Shown: piece by piece, positions 1-8,598 of the stretch
Layout: each line of letters begins with the position of its first letter
Position numbering within the stretch: position 1 is the stretch's first letter
DNA from: an uncultured Thermoplasmatales archaeon
GTDB lineage: Archaea; Thermoplasmatota; E2; DHVEG-1
Direction: 5' to 3'
NCBI GenBank assembly: GCA_964410735.1
Contig: CAYPIF010000027.1
Span: 484-64,483, forward strand
DNA length: 64,000 bases
Notes under the pieces: model-generated
Database searches by the model: none
Seen by the model: only the letters and a program-made list of their open reading frames with translations
What the model was told of the DNA's origin: nothing
Position numbers and translations under genes: made by a program

Positions 1-1502
1 GCTCTATTGTAATTTCAGCTGGAGAAACAGAAAATAAAATATCAACAATAAGATATGAGCAATTTAATGGCGAAATGCAAACTTTTGAATTAAATCAAGC
101 ACCAAAGACATTTCAACCACATAGATTAGCAAAACCGCTTGGTGATCCATATTTTGCTTATGAGGGTAATCAATATCATCCTGCTTTTGGATTAAGTCCA
201 AATGGACAAATGATGGGAGCATACCGTGATGATGAAACAGATAATATCGTTTGGACATATACAAATGAAGATGGTATCTATTATGATTTACCTGGATATG
301 ATGATTATCCCTCAATAAAGTTATGGGATGGAACAAGATTCTTTGGAACCCTTGTACCAGATCCATTTGATTCAATGGGTGCTGCAATATATATATTTGA
401 AACTGCTGATCCAACAAACTTTGATACATACAGTTTACTTGGTTGGGACTGGTCATCTAATGGATGGAGCGACATATTAGACATTGAAATTGCATGTGAT
501 AATGGTAAAGAGTCATGGGAATGGGGTGCCGTTAGCCTTATAGCTTCAACCACCTATGGCGATGGTGTTGAAAATGGTCCATTCATATCCTATCAAACAT
601 CTGAAGATGGTTATGCAACAATTAGCTGGTATTATCTGAATGACTGTCTTCATACAGATATAGATATCGATCATGTATCGAAAAAGGTTTATTCCGTTGC
701 TGATTACCTAGATGAAGACACGGGACTATATGGTTTATTCATTAGATTAGATCACTTCAACAACTGGGATCTAGACGGCTCAGCTGCAGCATATACTAGT
801 GGTGGAAACCTAAACAATCCTGCAGTAGCTACAAATGATGGGAAGCTCGTTATTGTAGCTGAAACTGATGAATCTGGGAACAAAGATATTGTATGTCTAA
901 ACGGCGGAAACCTTGAAACGCTTTCCACATCCATTGTTGTTGCAGATGCAGGTGATGAAATGTACCCTGATATTCGTCATGTGGAAGGAGATACATACAT
1001 CTGTACATTTGTTAAAGATGGGTCATTATATGCAGTAAAAAGTGAAGATGCAGGAGCAACATGGGCAAGCCCAGTTAATGTTGGGGATAATGTTTACAGT
1101 GAGTATAAAACAGCTGATATTGCAGACTATGCATCTTCTGCTATGTATACTGTAGACAATGGTGAAGATCTTGATGTTTACATTACTGATGTTGGTGGTG
1201 GAGCAGATGTACCAGTAATTGAAATTACGGAAATATCCGGTGGATTTGGTATAAATGCTGTAATAACTAACTCGGGAACTGCAGCTGCTGAAAACGTTGA
1301 ATGGAGCATCACCTGTGATGGCGGTGTCTTTATTGGTGCAGAGTCCTCAGGTGTTATCCCAACATTAGCACCTGGTGAAACAGCCACTATTAAATCCGGT
1401 TTTGTCCTTGGTCTAGGTAAATCTGATATCGAGGTGAAAGCGGATTCTGCATCAGAACAAGCACAAGGAACGGTTATTCTCTTCTTTGTCCTTGGAATAT
1501 AA
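1..1502 (+). CDS. Secreted BNR/Asp-box repeat protein, 5'-truncated by the window edge (reading frame open to nt 3). It has a perfect Asp-box SEDAGATW and a C-terminal hydrophobic tail [11 protein letters not shown].
   Basis: ORF 75..1502 continues upstream in frame with no stop. It contains the S-x-D-x-G-x-T-W BNR motif and further partial Asp-boxes, and it is acidic and sequon-rich, typical of archaeal surface proteins. Confidence 0.55.
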   Translation, partial: SIVISAGETENKISTIRYEQFNGEMQTFELNQAPKTFQPHRLAKPLGDPYFAYEGNQYHPAFGLSPNGQMMGAYRDDETDNIVWTYTNEDGIYYDLPGYDDYPSIKLWDGTRFFGTLVPDPFDSMGAAIYIFETADPTNFDTYSLLGWDWSSNGWSDILDIEIACDNGKESWEWGAVSLIASTTYGDGVENGPFISYQTSEDGYATISWYYLNDCLHTDIDIDHVSKKVYSVADYLDEDTGLYGLFIRLDHFNNWDLDGSAAAYTSGGNLNNPAVATNDGKLVIVAETDESGNKDIVCLNGGNLETLSTSIVVADAGDEMYPDIRHVEGDTYICTFVKDGSLYAVKSEDAGATWASPVNVGDNVYSEYKTADIADYASSAMYTVDNGEDLDVYITDVGGGADVPVIEITEISGGFGINAVITNSGTAAAENVEWSITCDGGVFIGAESSGVIPTLAPGETATIKSGFVLGLGKSDIEVKADSASEQAQGTVILFFVLGI

Positions 1503-1538
1503 GGTAGGATTACTACCTTTCTTTATTTTTTTTTATGG
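1503..1538 (+). terminator. Hairpin (GGTAG..CTACC) followed by an oligo-T tract.
   Basis: A stem-loop immediately after the stop codon is followed by tttctttattttttttt. Oligo-dT is the archaeal intrinsic termination signal. Confidence 0.4.
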
Positions 1539-1699
1539 GTAAGTATTTTTTGTTTATATCGTAATAATACATTTTATTGCATTTTGTCCTTATTTATTAT
1601 GTTTCACAAGAGCAAAATATATATCTTATAATATTATATATTATTATTATCAAAGAGAACTTAGTATCCATTTGAACTAGGTTTTATCTGCCCGGAGGA

Positions 1700-3301
1700 A
1701 TGTTCATGACGGTAAAAATTCCTTTACGTATTAATAGGTATCTTGTTTCAATTCTTCTTTTGATCTCTATTCTTACAACAACAATGGATGTATCATACTC
1801 GACTTCGATTAATAATTTTTTAAAAAATGGAATTAAAGAAGATAACCCTGATTCCGTTATGTCAAAGTTTCTTGATGATTCTCTTGATCAATTTCAAATA
1901 ACATGGAACGGTGCAGTATCTGTTGCTACTCCTGATGCTTTGGCTCAATCTTTCAAACCATCGGTAAATATGTTGACACGTGTTCAAATATTAACTCATA
2001 AAAGCATGGTTCCATCCGGGGATGTAAAACTTTCCATTCGAAAGGATATTAACGGCTCTGATCTTACTTCAATAACGCTAACCTCAGAATTGATACCCAC
2101 AACGAGAACGTGGGTGGAATTTGATTTTGAAAACATCTCTTTAATCCCAAATGATATATATTATATTGTTTGGACTCCCTTGGATATCAACATGTCATAT
2201 CTTTGGTGGGGATATGATAACAATAATTTTGATAGCTACCCAAAGGGTGAAGCATGGTTATGTTCTGATGGCGTTTGGACAACGGAGGGGTTCGTGTTTA
2301 AAGATTGGTGCTTCAAAACATATGGGTATCATGCAAGCCTGCCGCCATCAACACCAACTAAGCCGATAGGGCCAACGGAAGGTTTATCATGGCATGTATT
2401 TCATTATGAAACCAATTCAATGGATCCTGATGGTGATGATATTCGTTATGGTTGGGATTGGGATGGTGATGATGTGGTTGATGAATGGTCAGAGTATTAC
2501 CCTTGTAATGAAACTGTTAATATGTCTCATAGCTGGGATGCTGCGGGAACTTTTTATGTGAAGGTCAAAGCAGAGGATATGTATCGTACCCAAAGTCCGT
2601 TCTCGGATTCACTAACGGTTAATATCACAAATGATCCACCTATGATACCAATAAAACCCAATGGGGCATCATATACACTTACAGGTTTAAATAACACATT
2701 TAGTACACGATCCCTTGATCCAGAGGCTGATGATATTCGTTATGGTTGGGATTGGGATGGTGATGATGTGGTTGATGAATGGTCAGAGTATTACCCTAGT
2801 AATGTTACTGTTAATATGTCTCATAGTTGGGATGCTGCGGGAACTTTTTATGTGAAGGTAAAAGCAGAGGATATGCATGGTGCTCAATCAGGTTTCTCAA
2901 ATAAAAACCGGGTCATCGTTATTAATATGGATAATGATCCCCCTGATAAACCTCAGGCACCTCAGGGGCCATCTATGGGATTGGTTGGGATATCCTATTC
3001 GTATAGTTCATCAACAAATGATCCTAATGGTGATTGGGTGTATTACCAATTTGACTGGGATGATGGAACACGAAGCGACTGGGTTGGATCATATACTTCT
3101 GGTCAGATGGTCACAATGTCTCACATCTGGGATACAAAAGGGTCGTTTCAAGTTAAGGTAAAAGCGAAAGATTCACAAGGTTTGGAAAGTGTTTGGTCGG
3201 ATCCCTTGCCGATTACTATGCCAAAATCAAAAATAACGCTCATGCTCTTTCAACAACTCTATAAAACATTCCCAGATGATTGGATGCTGAGAATACAATA
3301 A
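1700..3301 (+). CDS. Secreted protein with three tandem PKD-like domains (DPDGDD..YGWDWDGD..W..Y). The first two are near-identical, and a ~30-aa conserved C-terminal tail follows the last one.
   Basis: N-terminal signal/TM (LVSILLLISILTTT). The ~98-aa module occurs three times, and the PKD-like WDxxDG signature is present. Confidence 0.7.
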   Translation: MFMTVKIPLRINRYLVSILLLISILTTTMDVSYSTSINNFLKNGIKEDNPDSVMSKFLDDSLDQFQITWNGAVSVATPDALAQSFKPSVNMLTRVQILTHKSMVPSGDVKLSIRKDINGSDLTSITLTSELIPTTRTWVEFDFENISLIPNDIYYIVWTPLDINMSYLWWGYDNNNFDSYPKGEAWLCSDGVWTTEGFVFKDWCFKTYGYHASLPPSTPTKPIGPTEGLSWHVFHYETNSMDPDGDDIRYGWDWDGDDVVDEWSEYYPCNETVNMSHSWDAAGTFYVKVKAEDMYRTQSPFSDSLTVNITNDPPMIPIKPNGASYTLTGLNNTFSTRSLDPEADDIRYGWDWDGDDVVDEWSEYYPSNVTVNMSHSWDAAGTFYVKVKAEDMHGAQSGFSNKNRVIVINMDNDPPDKPQAPQGPSMGLVGISYSYSSSTNDPNGDWVYYQFDWDDGTRSDWVGSYTSGQMVTMSHIWDTKGSFQVKVKAKDSQGLESVWSDPLPITMPKSKITLMLFQQLYKTFPDDWMLRIQ

Positions 3302-3321
3302 GATTCAAAATTCAAATTTTT

Positions 3322-4470
3322 TTATATTATGTAGACGAATTTTGATTCGGACCAATTACTCAATTGTCCAAAGTTGTCTTTTGCAATAACTTTTAATTGA
3401 TGAATGCCCTTTTCAGCCCATAGGTTTCTTGAATAAACGAGCCTATATGATGAATATGGTCCAAACCAATCACTATACTCATTACCATCCCATTTGAATT
3501 TATAGGATACCATAATGTCATCAAAACCCTTTGTTCTCGTGAAAAATATGTTTGTCTTGTTTTGAATTCCGATGATACAACCTATTGGTTTAATTGGTTT
3601 AGTTGGTGGGTTATCCGTGAAAATCACATCTATTGTTGTTGTATCATTGTAAAAAACAGGTTCTGTGATTGCATGAATTCTCCTGGAAGTGTTAATATCG
3701 GTGAATATAAGATCGTATTGATGAGGACTGGTCAATGGTTGCTTTGGATAAAGACTTACGATGTATGAACCATTTTGATCTGTGTTAAAACGTATATACA
3801 AGCTAGATTGTAATGAATCCGGGTCGCATTGTTTTATGGTGACCTTTGGCAAAATCATATCTTGTTCGGATTCAGTTTCTTTTGTAACTACTCCTGATAT
3901 GATGATCCCATTATACACCCTCGTTCTGTTAATGTTATTTGACATATTTCCTTCAGGAATTATTTGTTTTGGGTTGATATGAGCGGTGATTTGTTTTGGT
4001 TTTTCTGATACATTGATTTGAATGCAACCTCCTATTGTTTCACCAGTATACCATGTGTATGGGTCTATGAAAGAAGTTTGGTTTACATAGGCATACTCTG
4101 TTGTTTGATTATCTATAAAAAATGAGATATTGAGCGTGATTGGTTGAATTGGGTTATGATATGATGCCCCTGTGTTGTTCACAAGATACCTAATGTAAAG
4201 GGTCCCATTATTAAGCGCTGCCCACCATGATTCAAATAATATGCATTCGAGATCAGTTTGTATCTCCGCTTGGCTACCTGATCGGTACATCAAAGTATTT
4301 GTTTGACATTGTAATGGTGGAAGCGATACTGAATTGATTAATAAAAATGGAATAAGTATCGATAATGATAATATAGTTAATTTTCTTAGGGTGTCTAATC
4401 CTAAGATTTTTCTGATAGATTCTTTATTATTAACTATTTGTCCCTCCGAGAAAGTAGTATCACGAATCAT
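3322..4470 (-). CDS. Secreted N-glycosylation-sequon-rich protein with a C-terminal PKD-like domain of the same subfamily.
   Basis: Signal peptide (LTILSLSILIPFLLINS), more than 10 N-x-S/T sequons, and a C-terminal KFKWDGNEYSDWFGPYSS...NWSES module similar to the 1700..3301 and 8599..10827 domains. Confidence 0.65.
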   Translation of the reverse strand: MIRDTTFSEGQIVNNKESIRKILGLDTLRKLTILSLSILIPFLLINSVSLPPLQCQTNTLMYRSGSQAEIQTDLECILFESWWAALNNGTLYIRYLVNNTGASYHNPIQPITLNISFFIDNQTTEYAYVNQTSFIDPYTWYTGETIGGCIQINVSEKPKQITAHINPKQIIPEGNMSNNINRTRVYNGIIISGVVTKETESEQDMILPKVTIKQCDPDSLQSSLYIRFNTDQNGSYIVSLYPKQPLTSPHQYDLIFTDINTSRRIHAITEPVFYNDTTTIDVIFTDNPPTKPIKPIGCIIGIQNKTNIFFTRTKGFDDIMVSYKFKWDGNEYSDWFGPYSSYRLVYSRNLWAEKGIHQLKVIAKDNFGQLSNWSESKFVYII

Positions 4471-4712
4471 CAGTAATTATCTTACACGAATTATTTAATA
4501 AATCTTTTGTATCATTTTTGTTTATTCCTACTAAAAATAACAGATTTAAAAAATCACAATTCATTTTACTGATTATTTTTTTGGTTGTATACGTTTTCCA
4601 ATGAGTTTATTGAATTAGTCAATTTCATTTAATCAAAAAGCAAGAGTGCTCTTGTTATAATTTACGAAAGAATCATTTATATAAATAAAAAAAAGAAAAA
4701 AAGAAAAAGAGA

Positions 4713-7700
4713 TTACGGGCTGATTGGTATTGGTTCAGTCCATTCTGGGCTATATACCGTTATCGTTGGATCTCCATAGATCATCTGTTCATTTGAGACC
4801 TGCAATGAGGATGTACCGTAGATTGTTGTTGGATCCATCGTTGTATAATCGCGTTGATGGAGCCACAGATATTTTGAGAATGCTTCTCCAATACTACTTC
4901 CATAGACCATCATATCATGAATCCACCAATCATCAAGCAGATCTTCCTGTGGGCAGAGACCAGTGTTACCATTTCCGAAATAGACTGCGGCTCCATGTTC
5001 TAGGTAAATATCAGGAGCATCATCTGATGCAGTGGTACATGACATCCAGATATCCACTATTGAATGCAGGTTATCAAAGAGTTGGTCCACCCATTTGAAG
5101 TGAACAAGGTTATACAGATTTGGTTCCTTAGCATTGTACCAGGTGAAACCACCGGACCGAACATTCTTTGTCGGAGTATCATCATACATGTAGCCACGCC
5201 AAGCATCTGGGAATTCATGATCTTTCAGCCACTCAACACGTGGTTCAACATACGGGAACTGTTCATTGATATTTCTCCATTGAGCTGAGATCCCAGAACC
5301 ACCTGTTCCATGTCCTGAATAATAGCTTACGCATGCTCCTTCATTATACCGGGCAAGAAGGTTGTCCCATAGACAATGGCCTTCGTAGAAACGACCATGA
5401 GATGACATGGAAGCTTTCATCTCTCTAGATGAGTAAATCGCGTTATACGATTTTCCATCGTTAGTTGTCCAAGAGCTAAATGGATCTGGGAAGTTCATCA
5501 TTTGTGATGTGGATACATCTCTTCCTGGGTTTGCATATATAATTGCTGGATAAAGTACATTTCGAACGATGACCGCACTAGACATCGCTACGGGTTCTGA
5601 TGGAATGTGACCAGCATAGGAATTGTTACCCATCATCGCTCGAACCGCAAGATCACGGATATCATAATCACGAGGTGCGACGAACATGTATACTTCCTGA
5701 CCTGGTAGATCAAGACCATATGAATCGATCATATCGTGGAAACCTGCATAGATAGCCGACATGGATACAAGTTCAAGATCGCCACCAAAATGGGGCAATT
5801 CTTGACCATGTGTAAGGTAATAAATAGCGACTTGTAACCAATTAGCTGGACTTGGTAGTTCAGAAGGATGATCCATTTGTGGAAGGTGATTCATAGTTCT
5901 AGAACCGTGATAATAATCACCGCTAGTCCATTCTCTCCAAGCAGTAGTAGCATCCAACACATTGTACGCTTCCTTTGCATCGGCAACATTTAACACAGGA
6001 CCAACATGATATGCAGCGATCATAGCTGATGGTGCGAAATAACCATCACCCGTTCCAACAGAGGTGATTGTGATGAAATTTTCAGATAAACTACTTGCCT
6101 TGATCGCATCAACAACCTCTTGCATGGTGCTATATTCTGTAACCGTTCCAGGTACAGATGCACTGCTCACTTCACCAATGTTCACAAATATTATGTTGCT
6201 AACGCCAAGGGATGCTATCGCATTTGCGGTCTCTGTAGGTACAGCATCTTTTGTTACATATAATAATGGTGCATGATTTAAGGATGCAAGCACAGCACCA
6301 TTTGCTGCAGACATCTCAGCATTAACCCTATCGTTACCATATTTACGAGCATTTATCGTGATATGATAGGACCCTGTGAATTCGCCGTATCCTGTCTCAT
6401 GATCCAAATATGGTACAACAACAACTGTCCAATCACCTGGTTCTACGTTATGAACCGCGACAGACCGTTCGGTTTCCTTTGAGAAAATTGGTCGGCGGTA
6501 ATCTTCAAAGTTATGCTGCCAATGTCCTCCGTTCCAATAATGGAGTGGTTGAACTTCGCCACCGTTCCATTCAGGAAGATTTGGTTTGCGAATATTACCT
6601 TCAGGATCAATGACAAAAGCCATTAGAAGAGATGGTTCATCTGTTTCAATGGTTACTTCTATACTTTGATCTGCATCGTCAACTGGAATTGAATATCTAT
6701 TCCCGGGATAGGTGATAATTTCCAGTTCTTCCAGACCGTTTTCAGTATCCATTTGTGGAACCCAGATACCAGGTTTTATGATTGGGAACCAAACATCCTT
6801 ATCCGGTCCATTTACATCATAAGGTGATGGCCAGTTATCGAGTTGAACCACTTCATAACGTGGTGTAATAATACTTGCGTCACCCGAGAAATCATCTCCT
6901 TTTGCCCACATTTGCAGGGCTCCAGTATCTGCGCCGATATACATGAACTTTGCAGATGCAGTACCAAGTGTTGTTAGATCACCAGGGCGATACGTTTTAA
7001 TCTCAGGGGTTGAGGTTAATGTAACGGTTTCATCGACTATTGATACTATGTCATCCTCAAAGTCACTGCCATCACAGACGACAACAGCGGTGTCTGAGGA
7101 TTCCCAATTATTTGATGCGATCTCTGCAGCTGCTTTGATCGGATCACTTGGTACAATGTATTCCTCAGCAGTTATTCCATGTCTGTCAAGGTAGGTGTTC
7201 CAATCGTCAAGGAGATATTGGGTTGTATCATCAACTGTTCCAAACCAGTGTGTAATCGTGTCAACGCCTTGATATACAATTGGTGAGACATAGCGTTGGC
7301 CGTCTTTGATATAGTTTGCTGCTGGTACTGCTGCAACATAGGAATATTCATCCATATTTGAATCAGGATCGTCATTAATGATAAATGTCTGCGCAACAGG
7401 AATTATGTTTTTCTGAGGGATAGGTCCAGGAGGTTCTGCCACAGTTCCGCCGATACTAAGTTCTAAAGTATATGGTCCTGATCCATAAAGATCATAATTA
7501 TCTGGCCATTTACTTGCATCCCAACCGGGAAACATGTCTAATTGAATGGTCCATGTTCCTGATTCATCTGCGGGGTATTCCAATGTATCTTCCATATAAT
7601 ATTGTGCATCATATACTTTTACGCCTGATGGATTATACAAATGGATATCGTAATCACTTTTTTCTAAATTCTCAAGATGAACAACAATTCCATCTCCAGC

Positions 7701-8405
7701 ATTTGCTTGGAAACTATACCAATCCTCTTGATCAGAATAATCCATATATCCTGTATATTCGCCAGGTGCTATTGGTGTGGCACTGTTTATATTGTTGCCC
7801 GCATCACTACCAGTGCCTGCGTCATTTTGTCCGTTAACTGCAATATTAAATGTATATTCACCAACTCCTGTTTCGGTGCTTACGCTAAAGAAGTAATCAT
7901 CCGTTTTTTCTGCAGTGAAGCTTTGGCCGAGTGATTCACCATTTTTATCGACAAATTCACATAAGAAGCCACCAGTTACGGATGATTGAAAGCTTTGTCC
8001 TTCGCATGCTACAAATCTATACCAATCCATGGTATCTCGATTTTCCGCATCAAGATATCCAGTTCTTCCGTTTCCAGGACTCGTTTCATCGACTGGCTCT
8101 CCAATATAAACCGTTAACGATCTTCGTATGTCATTACCCGCATCGAAGTTGTATCCAATATCCCTATATGGTGGAGCCTCTGTTAAGTAAAGTAAACTCT
8201 CCTCTGTTTGCTCGTAGATGGTATCACCGGCGATTGGTGTTTCTAAAGTGTCTGTAGGTAGATTTTTGATATGTGGATCATTGAGATCCGAATCGTTATA
8301 ATTTGAATTCGTTGTATCTGCTGAAATTGGTAAGGATAATGCACTTGCCATAAGAATCAGCGTTAAAAAGGCTGCCCCAATTTTTGCTATTTTAGCTTTT
8401 ATCAT
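4713..8405 (-). CDS. 1230-aa secreted surface protein with three CW_binding_2-like cell-wall-binding repeats followed by a clan CD (C25/gingipain-like) peptidase-like domain.
   Basis: Signal peptide (AAFLTLILMASALSLPISA). Repeats such as NGAVLASLNHAPLLYVTKDAVPTETANAIASLGVSNIIFVNIG match the CW_binding_2 pattern (DALsa..lAa..naPiLL...lp..t...l..lg..kv.iiGG). It has YYSGHGTGG (His) and IWMSCTTASDD (Cys), and the C-terminus ends GDPTITV like the other paralogs. Confidence 0.7.
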   Translation of the reverse strand: MIKAKIAKIGAAFLTLILMASALSLPISADTTNSNYNDSDLNDPHIKNLPTDTLETPIAGDTIYEQTEESLLYLTEAPPYRDIGYNFDAGNDIRRSLTVYIGEPVDETSPGNGRTGYLDAENRDTMDWYRFVACEGQSFQSSVTGGFLCEFVDKNGESLGQSFTAEKTDDYFFSVSTETGVGEYTFNIAVNGQNDAGTGSDAGNNINSATPIAPGEYTGYMDYSDQEDWYSFQANAGDGIVVHLENLEKSDYDIHLYNPSGVKVYDAQYYMEDTLEYPADESGTWTIQLDMFPGWDASKWPDNYDLYGSGPYTLELSIGGTVAEPPGPIPQKNIIPVAQTFIINDDPDSNMDEYSYVAAVPAANYIKDGQRYVSPIVYQGVDTITHWFGTVDDTTQYLLDDWNTYLDRHGITAEEYIVPSDPIKAAAEIASNNWESSDTAVVVCDGSDFEDDIVSIVDETVTLTSTPEIKTYRPGDLTTLGTASAKFMYIGADTGALQMWAKGDDFSGDASIITPRYEVVQLDNWPSPYDVNGPDKDVWFPIIKPGIWVPQMDTENGLEELEIITYPGNRYSIPVDDADQSIEVTIETDEPSLLMAFVIDPEGNIRKPNLPEWNGGEVQPLHYWNGGHWQHNFEDYRRPIFSKETERSVAVHNVEPGDWTVVVVPYLDHETGYGEFTGSYHITINARKYGNDRVNAEMSAANGAVLASLNHAPLLYVTKDAVPTETANAIASLGVSNIIFVNIGEVSSASVPGTVTEYSTMQEVVDAIKASSLSENFITITSVGTGDGYFAPSAMIAAYHVGPVLNVADAKEAYNVLDATTAWREWTSGDYYHGSRTMNHLPQMDHPSELPSPANWLQVAIYYLTHGQELPHFGGDLELVSMSAIYAGFHDMIDSYGLDLPGQEVYMFVAPRDYDIRDLAVRAMMGNNSYAGHIPSEPVAMSSAVIVRNVLYPAIIYANPGRDVSTSQMMNFPDPFSSWTTNDGKSYNAIYSSREMKASMSSHGRFYEGHCLWDNLLARYNEGACVSYYSGHGTGGSGISAQWRNINEQFPYVEPRVEWLKDHEFPDAWRGYMYDDTPTKNVRSGGFTWYNAKEPNLYNLVHFKWVDQLFDNLHSIVDIWMSCTTASDDAPDIYLEHGAAVYFGNGNTGLCPQEDLLDDWWIHDMMVYGSSIGEAFSKYLWLHQRDYTTMDPTTIYGTSSLQVSNEQMIYGDPTITVYSPEWTEPIPISP

Positions 8406-8598
8406 ATATTATATTACCCCCTTTTTATTATAGATAATAGGTTTAGGTTATATATATATTTAATTATTGCTTGAGGGCAAATAAATATCGGTTTTTTCCA
8501 TTGACCTGTGAACTAAGGGAGGATGTTCCTGTTTTTAGATACAAAAGATGATTCCTTATTTGTTCGATAGTTTTAGTCCTACACGAAAAATTTAATAT

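Noticed and set aside
64-553. Minus-strand ORFs of 130 aa and 82 aa at the window start.
   Set aside because: They are entirely antisense to the BNR-repeat gene, which has coherent motifs (Asp-box). They have no start context and are likely spurious.
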